Shown here: one piece after another, positions 1 to 10,683 of the stretch
Layout: every line of letters begins with the position of its first letter
Position numbering within the stretch: the first letter of the stretch is position 1
Assembly: GCA_001600695.1 (NCBI GenBank)
Contig: BCKQ01000001.1
Coordinates: 1,042,426-1,106,425, forward strand
From: Ascoidea asiatica JCM 7603
Taxonomy: Eukaryota; Fungi; Ascomycota
Direction of reading: 5' to 3'
Length of the DNA: 64,000 nucleotides
The notes under the pieces: generated by a model
Database searches by the model: none
What the model saw: only the letters and a program-made list of their open reading frames with translations
Told to the model about the DNA's origin: nothing
Translations under genes and position numbers: made by a program

Positions 1-95
<95 letters not shown>
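1..95. repeat. (TAA)n microsatellite, truncated by the window start
   Basis: Perfect TAA repeat from base 1 to about 95. Confidence 0.97.
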
Positions 96-151
96 GTTAT
101 AGTATTTGGGAACCAATAATTATCAATCCTAAAAAGTTTCGACTAAAATTC

Positions 152-1192
152 ATGGGAAAAGGTAAGGCAAAAAAAAGTCATCGTACAAATGTTGTCAAAG
201 ACAGTAAAATAAGTTTTAGTTTACTTGATTTAAAAAATTATGAAGATGGTGATATGACTAAGAAATTTATTACCGAGAATGAAAATTATAATTCATTTTT
301 ATCAGTAACCGAAAAATTCAATGATCATGATCATCTTCATAAATCAATTAAGAAATTGAAAAAATTAAAAAAAAAGAGGAAAAGAGTAGAAAAAATTGAG
401 GAAGAAAGTGATTTTAGTGAAAATGAATATTTTGAATTTAGCAAAAATGAGGAAAATAATACTGAAGAAGATGACAATAATAAAGAAGCTGAAAAGGAAT
501 TCAAAGGAGAGTCGTTAATAGTAAATGAACTTGAGAAAATGATGGGAATTGAAGAATTATTTGATGATAATTCCAATATAGGAAAAACAAACTTGAATAA
601 AGAAAATAATGAATCACTTATAAAAAATGAGTTCTCAAGTTTTGATAAAGTTGGAACTGAAAATGAAGCTGAAAGTCAAAAAGAGATTAAAGTTGAAGTT
701 GAAAATGAAATCCAACCTAAAAGTGAAAATTTTGTTGGAAATGGAATTGAAAACAGAGTTAATGCTAAGAATACTAAGGAAGATAATATTATGGATGAAA
801 AAAAACAGAGAGAAATTTTTGATTTAGAAATGAGAGATGTTGATATATATATCAGTCAAACAGTTTCTTTATTTTATGAAGAAGAAGCCAAAAAAAGGGA
901 AGAACTTAAAGCACATGAAAAAGAAGACAGAAAACATAGAGCAAGAAAAAGGCAGAAATTAATATCTAATTTACCAGAAGATAAAATTGAAAATGAAGCA
1001 GAAGTAGTTAATAATTCAGTTTCTTATCCTACTATATTTTCTTCTGAAGACAATAAAAATATAGAAAAAAATGATATATTTAAGGAAGATGTGTCTAATA
1101 AAAATTTTTTAGATGATCAACTGAAATCTAAAGAAGAGCCAAAAGAAAAAATTAAAATAATTTTTGAAAATCCAGAATCCAAAAAGATATAA
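152..1192 (+). CDS. Hypothetical highly charged (Glu/Lys/Asn-rich) low-complexity protein, possibly nuclear
   Basis: 346-codon ATG ORF in a stop-rich AT background, with basic NLS-like tracts (KKLKKLKKKRKR, KHRARKRQK). No recognisable domain. Confidence 0.55.
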   Translation: MGKGKAKKSHRTNVVKDSKISFSLLDLKNYEDGDMTKKFITENENYNSFLSVTEKFNDHDHLHKSIKKLKKLKKKRKRVEKIEEESDFSENEYFEFSKNEENNTEEDDNNKEAEKEFKGESLIVNELEKMMGIEELFDDNSNIGKTNLNKENNESLIKNEFSSFDKVGTENEAESQKEIKVEVENEIQPKSENFVGNGIENRVNAKNTKEDNIMDEKKQREIFDLEMRDVDIYISQTVSLFYEEEAKKREELKAHEKEDRKHRARKRQKLISNLPEDKIENEAEVVNNSVSYPTIFSSEDNKNIEKNDIFKEDVSNKNFLDDQLKSKEEPKEKIKIIFENPESKKI

Positions 1193-1441
1193 ATTAATAA
1201 TTTTAATATTAATTATCATATTCTCAATATTATTGAAAGTGCAATGTACATTATATAAAAGAATATTAATAAGTGAATTTATTAATGAATAAAGCAAAAG
1301 ATACAAAACATAATATTAAATTAATTTTAGAAAAAAAATTTGGAAAAGCAAAAAAAAAGTTTATTAAATATTAGATAGACTATAACTAATAATTGTGTAT
1401 TGTAAATTATGAATTATAGATTTGAATTCATGGACTATAAA

Positions 1442-2722
1442 TTATTTTTTACTTTTTTCCGGGGTTATAGTATTAAGGTCATCATTTTCATCAAGAACAA
1501 GATCATCGAATAAAGATTCCATATAAGCAGAAGGAGGTCTTGGATTTCTTGTAGTTTGAGTTGTATTTGATTGCTGAGTATTTTGAGAAATTCCAGTTAA
1601 TTGATTTGGTAACGATAAAGAAAAAGCAGAAGAATTATGAGCATCATGTTGATAAACACTTGAAGTTAAAGTACCGGAATTTAAAGTTCCAGAAATAGAA
1701 GATGAAGTATTAAATTGATTATTTGATTGATTATTATTTGAATTATTTGAAGGATTAGTATAATTTGGAGATAATGGCATTGGTAATGAAGGAGAAAGAT
1801 TTGTTAGTAAAGTACCACCAGTATTTTGAGAAGATAAAGTACCTGGAATTAATAAATTTGAACCAGATTTTGATTTTACATGATTTACAATATCTGCAGT
1901 TGGGGAAATAAATAAAGATTTTCTTGGACTTTTATTATTATTAATATTATTTGAATTTAAAAGATTTGAATTTGAAAGATTTGAATCAGGTAATAAAGAT
2001 AATCTTTGTTGTTGTGGTAAATTGAATTGATTAGTTAAATCTGCTAAAGAATTATTTAAATTTAAATTATTTGAAGAATATTCAAAAGAAGTTCTTTGAT
2101 TTGAAAAATCATTATTATTAATATTATTGATATTATTTTGATTATTTAAAGAATTTAATAATAAATTTGAAGCTTCTGGATCATTTTTTGAAATAAATTT
2201 TTCATTTTGTTTAACTAATTTTTTACTTATATATAAATTAATTAAATAATATATTAATAAGAATATTAAAAATACACCTAATATTAAACCAATAATCACA
2301 AAAAATAAACCAGAAGGTGTAGAAGATCTAATTATATAAGGATTATCGGAATTTGGGGGTATTGTTACAGAAGGAGTTGGAACTTGAGAAGAAGATGATA
2401 AGGTTGGCATACTTGAAGTAGAAGAAGCCTTTGATGTAGTTGAAGAGGAAGATGAAGTTGTTTTAGTTATTGAGGACGATTTCGAGGTGGAAGAAGATGT
2501 AGAAGAGGATGTAGAAGAGGATGAAGAGGATGTAGTTGTTGTTGATTTAGATGTAGAAGATGTCGAAGAAGTTGAATCTGTAGATGATGTAGATGATGTT
2601 GAAGATGTTGAATCTGTAGTTGTTGTTGAAGAAGAACTAGTTGTTGATGAAACTTCTGTTTCTGTTGCAGTATCTGTTGCAACATCACTATCTGTTGCAG
2701 TATCAGTATCGGAAGTCGTCAT
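1442..2722 (-). CDS. Ser/Thr-rich single-pass membrane protein, PRM5/YNL058C (vacuolar membrane protein) family-like
   Basis: S/T-rich N-terminus; PSVTIPPNSDNPYI motif just before one TM helix (GLFFVIIGLILGVFLIFLLIYYLI); SLFISPT motif and C-terminal RPPSAYMESLFD motif typical of the family. Confidence 0.7.
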   Translation of the reverse strand: MTTSDTDTATDSDVATDTATETEVSSTTSSSSTTTTDSTSSTSSTSSTDSTSSTSSTSKSTTTTSSSSSSTSSSTSSSTSKSSSITKTTSSSSSTTSKASSTSSMPTLSSSSQVPTPSVTIPPNSDNPYIIRSSTPSGLFFVIIGLILGVFLIFLLIYYLINLYISKKLVKQNEKFISKNDPEASNLLLNSLNNQNNINNINNNDFSNQRTSFEYSSNNLNLNNSLADLTNQFNLPQQQRLSLLPDSNLSNSNLLNSNNINNNKSPRKSLFISPTADIVNHVKSKSGSNLLIPGTLSSQNTGGTLLTNLSPSLPMPLSPNYTNPSNNSNNNQSNNQFNTSSSISGTLNSGTLTSSVYQHDAHNSSAFSLSLPNQLTGISQNTQQSNTTQTTRNPRPPSAYMESLFDDLVLDENDDLNTITPEKSKK

Positions 2723-3474
2723 TATATTAGATTATGTATTAGAAAATGATTATTTTGAATAATGTATCTTGTTATATAATGAATATTATAATGAATATTA
2801 TTTTTTGAATATCAATTTAAAGAAAGAAAGTAATTATTGATTGAAATTTGGAATAAAATTTGAAATGTTTAAAGAAATAGACTAGGATTTGAAATTTTTT
2901 TTAGAATAAGAAAAATAGAATATATTTATTCATTTGTTTGATGATTCTGTTAATTGAATTTTTACCTATTCTTAAAATATACTGTATAATTAATCACTGA
3001 ATTATGGTGAAGTAATTGATTCAAAGATTTATTGTTAAAAAAATAGGTATGAAAAAGTGTATATTTATTATCAAAGATTGAATCAGAGCCAAAATTAGCA
3101 CTAGATACGTACTTAGAAGGAGGCATTCGCGCGTATAACACCAGAAGAAAGCTAATTCTGAGAGGGCTGTACACCAATATTACGGGCATGGCCCACTCTT
3201 TGAATCGTCAACCTAAAGAAAAGTGTGTTAACCAGCTTTATCAACACCATAAAACAGTTAACAAAGAGTTCCAAAGGGCTCTGGGTCCTGAGCAGCGGTA
3301 TTTCGGTACAGCACCCAGTATTTCTGGACCCAGTGTACCGCTTACCAGTTTTCTTGTTCGTAAAGACCCACCTCAGCCACCAAAAATTGCAAACCACATA
3401 TCTGGCGTCAATAAAAATCTCAAAAAGCAAATTTCCCTTCCTAAAAAACACTTCAAAAATCTTGTTAGAAAACA

Positions 3475-3546
3475 GCACGCTTGGCGCAGTGGTAGCGCAG
3501 CAGATTGCAAATCTGTTGGTCCTTAGTTCGAACCTGAGAGCGAGCT
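3475..3546 (+). tRNA. tRNA-Cys (GCA), intronless, with an A3:A70 acceptor-stem mismatch
   Basis: GCACGCTTGGCGCAGTGGTAGCGCAGCAGATT-GCA-AATCTGTTGGTCCTTAGTTCGAACCTGAGAGCGAGCT; near-identical to yeast tRNA-Cys; followed by an oligo-T terminator. Confidence 0.95.
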
Positions 3547-3688
3547 TCTTTTTATATATATATATAAAGTTATATTTAATATGTGTTATTCTCTTTTTTT
3601 ATTACCATCAGGTTTTTATTTTTGAATCGATAAAGTTATAAAGATATACAAAAAAAAGATAAAATGTTAAAAGCAGAACAAAAAAGAA

Positions 3689-3761
3689 TGCCTTCAGCCT
3701 GATTCGAACAGACGATCTCCTCATTACTAGTGAGGTGCCTTACCAACTTGGCCATAAAGGC
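3689..3761 (-). tRNA. tRNA-Thr (AGT)
   Basis: Reverse complement GCCTTTATGGCCAAGTTGGTAAGGCACCTCACT-AGT-AATGAGGAGATCGTCTGTTCGAATCAGGCTGAAGGCA; all stems pair; T-run terminator follows. Confidence 0.96.
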
Positions 3762-5275
3762 TTTCCTTGTTTTTCAAAAAAGATATGCATGTAACCCTCT
3801 GTAAGCATTACTGTTTGTATAAAATTTCAAACAAAAAACACGTGGTTCGGATAAATCGATGACCAAAAATGAAAAACAAAGAAACTTTAAAAATAAAATT
3901 AGAAACGAAAACAGAAGTGAAATTAGAAGCATAAAACGAGTTTGAAAACTTACTCCTTTTTTTTCAGATCTGAGCTTTAGAAGTGCCCAGCGCTAGGGCT
4001 TAACGAGTTCTAGAAATTTAAAAAATGTGTGTTGAAGAAAGTGCTTAGAAAGGAGCTTAGGTCCCAAAGCCAAAGTCTCTTGTAGGCTTTGAGGAGGCTG
4101 AAGAACAAATGTCTAAAGTTAACTCTGGCTGTGGAATTGGGCGAGAGCAGCGAGAATAAAGAGTTGCGTTGAAACGTTACGGCACCAGAGCCCGGTGCTT
4201 GAGTGGCACGCTTGGAGGGTACCTGATTTTCCTTTAAATATGCCTCTGTTTCTTTCTTTGTCCAATTGTCATAAATCAATAATTAATCAAGAAATAATCA
4301 ATATGAAACAGAAATACAACAGAAACCTTTTGGAAATAATCTAAGGATCATAAAATTGATCCAGAGATAATCTTCGTGAGTAAGTTCTTCGATTTCTTCA
4401 ATTCCTTCACTATTTAATATTCGATTCTCTCGTAACGTGTTGTTGACCTTCTTCATCTTTTCATTATTCTCTTTTTCTTTTTTTCAAAAATTTTTATTGT
4501 ATTAAGAATACTCTTAACTTTATCCAATTTTTAAACCTAAAATATCCCAGACTTATAAATAGTAACCACCATAATTAAATCCACAAGATATTTTAAACAT
4601 TTAAAACATTTAAAAAAAAATTTGCAGATTCAAGTAATAGTAAATTATTAAAATAAAATATTAATAAATTTAAAATGATTCAATGAATTTCAGCCTGTTT
4701 GGCATTAAGAGTATTCTTTCTTGTAACGCTTCTTCTTTTTCTTCTTTTTCTGATTATTCTTTTCAATCTCATTATTCAACTACATATTGTACTGTACTTT
4801 ATAATTTTATACTTTTATTCATTCTTATTTTCTATTCATTCAATCCAATCAATTAATCAATCCATTATTCATTCAATCTGTACTCTCTTTATAATTTAGT
4901 ACCTAAAACCAATCATTGCATTGTTTTAGTATTTAACCATTTAATTAAATTTACTTTTTTAAAATAACCAAAAAACAGAAAGTTTATTTCTACTCCTGAT
5001 TTTATAAAAATAAATTACTTTTTTTAATTTATTCAACATATTATTTTAATTTTAATGAATGAAAATTTAAAATTATAAATAATAACTATTTTCTTCATTA
5101 TTTTTTTTGTCCTCTATTGAAAAATTTTCCTTAATTTATTAATTTAATTTTATTTGATTTTATATTATTTATATTATTCATATTTTTGTTTTTTAAATAC
5201 TTTTAATAAATTCCTTCATAAGTCAATTTCCATTAAATTCATCATCATCAATCAAATAAATTTAAAATTATAATA

Positions 5276-6508
5276 ATGAAACAGTTTTATATACTCTTTT
5301 TAAGTTTTTGTTCATTAATAAATACAGTTTTATCAACATCAACCTTTGATAAAACTTCAAATGCTAATGTTGCTGTATATTGGGGTCAGAATACTATAAG
5401 TACTTTAACAAATAATAAAACTTATGAAAGTTCTTTAGCAACTTATTGTGAATCTGATTCTGTTGATATAATTTTATTAGCTTTTATGGATGTATTTCCA
5501 GGTACAAATTCAATTCCAACTTTAACTTTTTCATCTGGTGAATTTTCAAATACTTATAAATCAACAATTAAATCTTTACAATCTGGAATTTTAACTTGTC
5601 AAGATAATGGTAAAATTGTTTTATTATCTTTAGGTGGTGAAAGTACCGGTTATGGATTCTCTTCAAATTCTGAAGCTAAATCTTATGCAACTATATTATG
5701 GGAATTATTTGGTGAAATTGATTCTGATTCAAATTCAACTGATAATAGACCTTTTGGTACTTCAATTATTGATGGTTTTGATTTTGATATTGAAAATGAC
5801 AATCAAACAGGTTACGTTTCTTTAATTTCTGAATTACAAACTATTTTTGATGATAAGGGTTCAAAAGATTATTATATTTCTGCTGCTCCACAATGTCCAT
5901 ATCCTGATGAAAATGTTGGACAAATTTTAAATCAATCAAGTCTTGATTTTGTTTTTGTTCAATTTTATAATAATGAAGCAAATTGTGATGCAAATACTCA
6001 ATATTTTAATTGGGATACTTGGGCAACTTATGCTTCAAGTGTTAGTAAAAACGATGATGTTAAAATATTTCTTGGTTTAGCAGGTTCTGAAGATGCTGCT
6101 TCTTCTGGTTTCATAAATTCTTCTTCAACTTTAGAATCAAAAATTACAATTGCAAGTAAAAATGATTCTTTTGGTGGTGTTATGCTTTGGGATGCTTCTG
6201 TAAGTTTTAATACAACTTTAGATGATGAATTATATGTTGATATAGTTAAAGAAACTGTTTCTAATGTAACTGGTACTGATGATGGAAGTACTGATGATGA
6301 TGATGATGATGATACTACTTATACCTCTGGAAGTAGTTCCTATGTTTGTACTGCAACAAGCAATTGCTTTTTTCAATATGGATCTTCAACATCTTCTTCT
6401 AGTTCTAGTAGTAGTTCTGGAATTGCCATGGGACAGAATGATTTAGTTTCATACTCATTTGGATTCTCCTTATTTTCAACAATCATAATGCTCTTTAACT
6501 TAATTTGA
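5276..6508 (+). CDS. GH18 class III (Cts1/Cht2-like) endochitinase, secreted and probably GPI-anchored
   Basis: Signal peptide, AVYWGQN, KIVLLSLGG, catalytic DGFDFDIE, SAAPQCPYPD, VQFYNN, GGVMLWDA; S/D-rich stalk and hydrophobic C-terminus. Confidence 0.93.
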   Translation: MKQFYILFLSFCSLINTVLSTSTFDKTSNANVAVYWGQNTISTLTNNKTYESSLATYCESDSVDIILLAFMDVFPGTNSIPTLTFSSGEFSNTYKSTIKSLQSGILTCQDNGKIVLLSLGGESTGYGFSSNSEAKSYATILWELFGEIDSDSNSTDNRPFGTSIIDGFDFDIENDNQTGYVSLISELQTIFDDKGSKDYYISAAPQCPYPDENVGQILNQSSLDFVFVQFYNNEANCDANTQYFNWDTWATYASSVSKNDDVKIFLGLAGSEDAASSGFINSSSTLESKITIASKNDSFGGVMLWDASVSFNTTLDDELYVDIVKETVSNVTGTDDGSTDDDDDDDTTYTSGSSSYVCTATSNCFFQYGSSTSSSSSSSSSGIAMGQNDLVSYSFGFSLFSTIIMLFNLI

Positions 6509-7533
6509 GGTACCTCTTGATTTTAATTTTGAAACTTTCCTAGAAAAGTTTTGTTAAAAACTAAAAAGACTAGAGAAATTATATTTCTACTTTTATTTAT
6601 TTCCGGTTTCCTTTTTTTTGTTTTTACTTTTGTTTCATTGATTCCGATATTGCTAACAGTCATTCTCCTCATTAAGCTCATTGAATGCTTCTTTTTTTTT
6701 AAAATTTTTTTTTTTCATCTTCAATGGTGTTTCATCTTCTTGTTTTGGATATCCTTTATTATTTATATTTTCTCATATTTTCAGGTGTTTATTGTATATC
6801 TTTATTTTGGTGGTTTTTATGTTTTCTTTAAAATTTTTTTCATAAAAATTGCATTTTCATTTATTGAGTTTTAATATACTTAATTTGTTCATAATTTTTT
6901 AAAAAAGAATATATATATATATATATATATAAAAATAAATTCAAAGTATTGATTAAGATCTTCTCAATAGTTATACTTATAATCTATAGAGAAAGTAAAA
7001 TATAGAAATTAAAAAGTTCACATACAATATTTTAAGTAAAAGAAAGAAAAATGAGTAAAAGTAAAATCAATAAACATATAAGTAGGCTTTTACGATATTT
7101 AAAAAAAAAATTCCCAAATCGATTTGAAAAGTAATGCATAGAATTTAAGCATTGAAAGCTATTACTTATTTAATAACAATGAGTCCAGTTTCAAATACAT
7201 TGTTGGTTCTTTACTACTTAAGTCGTATGCTAAAGCACAGTTCCCATCTTGAAGCCAATTTTCATTGAAATTATCCAGCATATACCAATCAGATCAAGAA
7301 AATTTCCTTTTCTAACATTAAATATTATAAACTGATCTGTAACATATTTTATTCAATTGCCTATTGCACCACCGAAATACTATTAATCCTAATTGATATT
7401 TCATTCAAATTACATTTTAGTTACTATTTTATGGTTTTTTTTGCATTTCACTGCTATTTTCAATGCTTTTTTTGTATCTGGGTTTGTTTTTGTTTGGTTC
7501 TCGGGCACAGAAAAGAAGCCAGACTGAGTTCCA

Positions 7534-7541
7534 TTACCCGG
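7534..7541 (+). promoter_or_regulatory. Reb1-like site (TTACCCGG) in the GEF1 promoter
   Basis: Exact Reb1 consensus about 190 bp upstream of the ATG; an identical site lies at 56323-56330, far upstream of BEM1. Confidence 0.45.
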
Positions 7542-7727
7542 GCGGAAAGTCAAACTAGCTCCAAAACACCTTTTTTGATTTCGAGTGTAAGCACCGAATC
7601 TGAGAAGTAATGCCAGTTAGAACAGATAAGTCAAGAACAAGATCCAGATGTAAAAGTGCCATAGATAGCTATTGGTTATTATTCCTCAATTCAATTCAGA
7701 TTATAATCTTGCTTTTTTACAAGTAAT

Positions 7728-10160
7728 ATGGTAGCATCTAATTCATATCAGTCTGATGATTTGCTTTCTTTGCGAACTCTTGATGATGCTTCAGCTACAA
7801 GTTCAGATCAATTACTCTTTGAGATTGATAACGACGTAAACGAAGAAGACAACAATGGTTTAGATTCTAGATCTACTAATGAAAATAATTTTTTTGATTC
7901 AAATAATATACATGCTAATCAAAAAGTAAGTGATGATAATTTTTCAACTAATGATCCAAATTTTCAAGATATTATACATAATAAAACTAAAGGGTTCAAT
8001 AATTTCATCACTGTTGATTGGGTTGATGATCAAAAATCTGAAAATGAGAAAAAATTATTAACTTTTGAAAGAATTTATTTCAGGAATAATAAAATATCTT
8101 CATTTTTTTTACATATTGTTACATCTTCACAATCTTGGTTAATTTTAACTTTAATTGGTATACTGATTGGTTTAATAGCGGCTTCCTTGAATATAATAAC
8201 AGAGTTTTTAGCAGATATAAAATCTGGTCATTGTAAAAATCACATTTATTTAAATAAATCTTTTTGTTGTTGGGGGGAGAATGATGAAAATAATCTGAAT
8301 TGTTCTAATTGGTCAAATTGGTCTCCTTTTGGATTTTTTAATTATTTGATTTTTATTTGTTTTTCTTTAATTTTAGCTTTTTCTTCTGCAATTCTAGTTA
8401 AATTTTATGCTCCTTTTGCTGCTGGTTCTGGTATATCCGAGATAAAATGTATTATTGCAGGTTTTCAAATGGATGGATTTTTAAATTTTTGGACTTTAAT
8501 AATTAAAACAATTGCTTTACCGGTAGCAATATCTTCTGGTTTAAGTGTTGGAAAAGAAGGTCCAAGTGTACATTATGCTGCTTGTGTTGGAAATTTTGTT
8601 GTTAATTTAGTCAATAAAAATAATAGAAGTTCAAGACAGCAAAAAGAATATTTAACAGCTGCAACCGCAGCCGGAGTTGCTGTGGCTTTTGGGTCTCCAA
8701 TGGGTGGTGTTTTATTTTCTGTTGAAGAAATTTCAAGTATTTATCAATTATCAACAATGTGGAAATCTTATTTCTGTTCTTTAGTTGCAACATCTGTATT
8801 ATCCATTATGAATCCATTTAGAACAGGTCAATTAGTTATATTTCAAGTTAAATATGATCAAAACTGGCATGTATTTGAGATACCAATTTTTATATTATTA
8901 GGCATATTTGGTGGTTTATATGGAATTGTTGTGAGTAAGTTTCATATACAGGTTGTAAGTTTAAGAAAAAGATATCTTTCAAAGTATGGGGTTGAAGAAG
9001 TTTTAGCCTTAACTTTTATAACAACTGCAACTTCTTATTTTAATGAGTTTTTAAGATTAGATATGACTGAAAGTATGCAAATTTTATTTCATGAATGTGG
9101 TGTTGGTTGGGAACATTTTACTTGTGATCCAAAAAATCCAAAATTCTCTCATGTTTTATCTTTATTATATGCAACAGTTATTAGAATGGTTTTAATTATT
9201 TTTTCATATGGATGTAAAGTTCCTGCAGGAATTTTTATTCCTTCAATGGCAGCTGGTGCTACTTTTGGTAGAGCTATTGGTGTTATAACTCAACATATAT
9301 ATTCTAAATATCCAAATTCAAGTATTTTTCAAACATGTTTACCTGATGTTCCTTGTGTTGTACCAGGTACATATGCGTTTATTGGAGCCGCTGCTGCTCT
9401 TAGTGGTATAACTAATTTAACTATTACTTGTGTTGTTGTAATGTTTGAATTGACAGGTGCATTAAGATTTGTTATACCAACGATGATTGCTGTTGCCATT
9501 ACAAAAGCAATTAATGATAAATTTGGAAAAGGTGGAATAGCAGATCAAATGATAAAATTTAATGGATTACCATTTATAGATCCAAAAGAAGAGCATAACT
9601 TCAATAATCAACCAAGCTTTAATGCTATGACAAAACATACATTATGCCTTACTACAAAAGGATTAAAATTATTCAATATCAATAAATTATTATCTGAAAC
9701 TGATTTTCAATCTTTTCCAATAATAGAATTCACCGAAGTTGAAGAAAATAATATCAAAGTAAAAAAGCCTGTGCTTTATGGCTCAATATCAAGAAATGAA
9801 ATCATAAAATGTATAAAATTTCAGCATTATAGTGCTATTGATGAGCAGACTAATAATAGCGAATTATTACAATTAGATGTTGATTGCTTTTTCAAAAAAT
9901 TTGAAAATTTGAATAATTTTACTAATAGCTTCATAGATTTCTCAGAATCGGTCAACATATCGCCATTAACAATTTATGGAATTACACCTTTGGAGAGAAC
10001 CTGTGAGATTTTTTATAAAATTGGACCTAGGGCTTTATATGTCAAGGATAAAGGTTTTTTCGCAGGATTGATAACTAGAAAAGACATTTTGAGATACGAA
10101 TTTTATCTTGAAGAAATCGAAGAAAAAGTCAAGCAAAATGAAACAGAATTAACTATCTGA
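7728..10160 (+). CDS. GEF1: CLC-family chloride/proton exchanger
   Basis: GSGISE, GKEGP (gating Glu), GGVLFSVEE, GIFIP motifs; multiple TM helices; C-terminal CBS pair. Confidence 0.93.
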   Translation: MVASNSYQSDDLLSLRTLDDASATSSDQLLFEIDNDVNEEDNNGLDSRSTNENNFFDSNNIHANQKVSDDNFSTNDPNFQDIIHNKTKGFNNFITVDWVDDQKSENEKKLLTFERIYFRNNKISSFFLHIVTSSQSWLILTLIGILIGLIAASLNIITEFLADIKSGHCKNHIYLNKSFCCWGENDENNLNCSNWSNWSPFGFFNYLIFICFSLILAFSSAILVKFYAPFAAGSGISEIKCIIAGFQMDGFLNFWTLIIKTIALPVAISSGLSVGKEGPSVHYAACVGNFVVNLVNKNNRSSRQQKEYLTAATAAGVAVAFGSPMGGVLFSVEEISSIYQLSTMWKSYFCSLVATSVLSIMNPFRTGQLVIFQVKYDQNWHVFEIPIFILLGIFGGLYGIVVSKFHIQVVSLRKRYLSKYGVEEVLALTFITTATSYFNEFLRLDMTESMQILFHECGVGWEHFTCDPKNPKFSHVLSLLYATVIRMVLIIFSYGCKVPAGIFIPSMAAGATFGRAIGVITQHIYSKYPNSSIFQTCLPDVPCVVPGTYAFIGAAAALSGITNLTITCVVVMFELTGALRFVIPTMIAVAITKAINDKFGKGGIADQMIKFNGLPFIDPKEEHNFNNQPSFNAMTKHTLCLTTKGLKLFNINKLLSETDFQSFPIIEFTEVEENNIKVKKPVLYGSISRNEIIKCIKFQHYSAIDEQTNNSELLQLDVDCFFKKFENLNNFTNSFIDFSESVNISPLTIYGITPLERTCEIFYKIGPRALYVKDKGFFAGLITRKDILRYEFYLEEIEEKVKQNETELTI

Positions 10161-10683
10161 TTATATTTTAGATAAGTTCTTATTCGTTCCGGAAGTATTT
10201 TCTATTATACTTATTTTTACACCCAAAAAATTCCTGAAAGTATTCACTTGAATTAGCATTCTTGGAATTCTATTCAAAGAAAACTACACAAAATCATAGA
10301 TTCAATTAATTGGTTCTTAACCTGGAGTAGATGATAACTTTCCAAAGATCTTGTAATTGGTAGAATGTATGTGTTCGGCAATCAATTATATTGGATGCCT
10401 TTTTTATAAATCGAGATTAATTATCGACTACTTGAAAATAAGTATCTTTAACTTTTTTTAAGTATTTTAAACTAATAAAATTTATGTAAATCTATTTATT
10501 TTAAAAGATCAGAGAAAATGCAAAAAAACAAAAGAGCAGTAAGTGTATAAAAATATGAGGAAAATTATAGACATTAAAACAATAAAAAAATAAACTGTAT
10601 ATAAATTGAAAAAAAAAGCGAATCATAAAAGTAATTATTTGAAAAATGTAAAGTATGACAAAATGCTGTTACATAAAAATATT

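Noticed and set aside
337-2762. Antisense and alternative-frame ORFs (337-576, 2467-2688, 2487-2762)
   Set aside because: Shadows of low-complexity coding sequence.
3152-3641. Overlapping ORFs of 108-138 aa around the tRNA-Cys gene
   Set aside because: They run through the tRNA and a GC-rich promoter island and show no protein motifs; stop-codon scarcity explains them.
6551-6874. Phe-rich hydrophobic ORFs (also 4699-4899, 42953-43162, 60769-60978)
   Set aside because: Non-ATG starts in T-rich UTR or terminator DNA.
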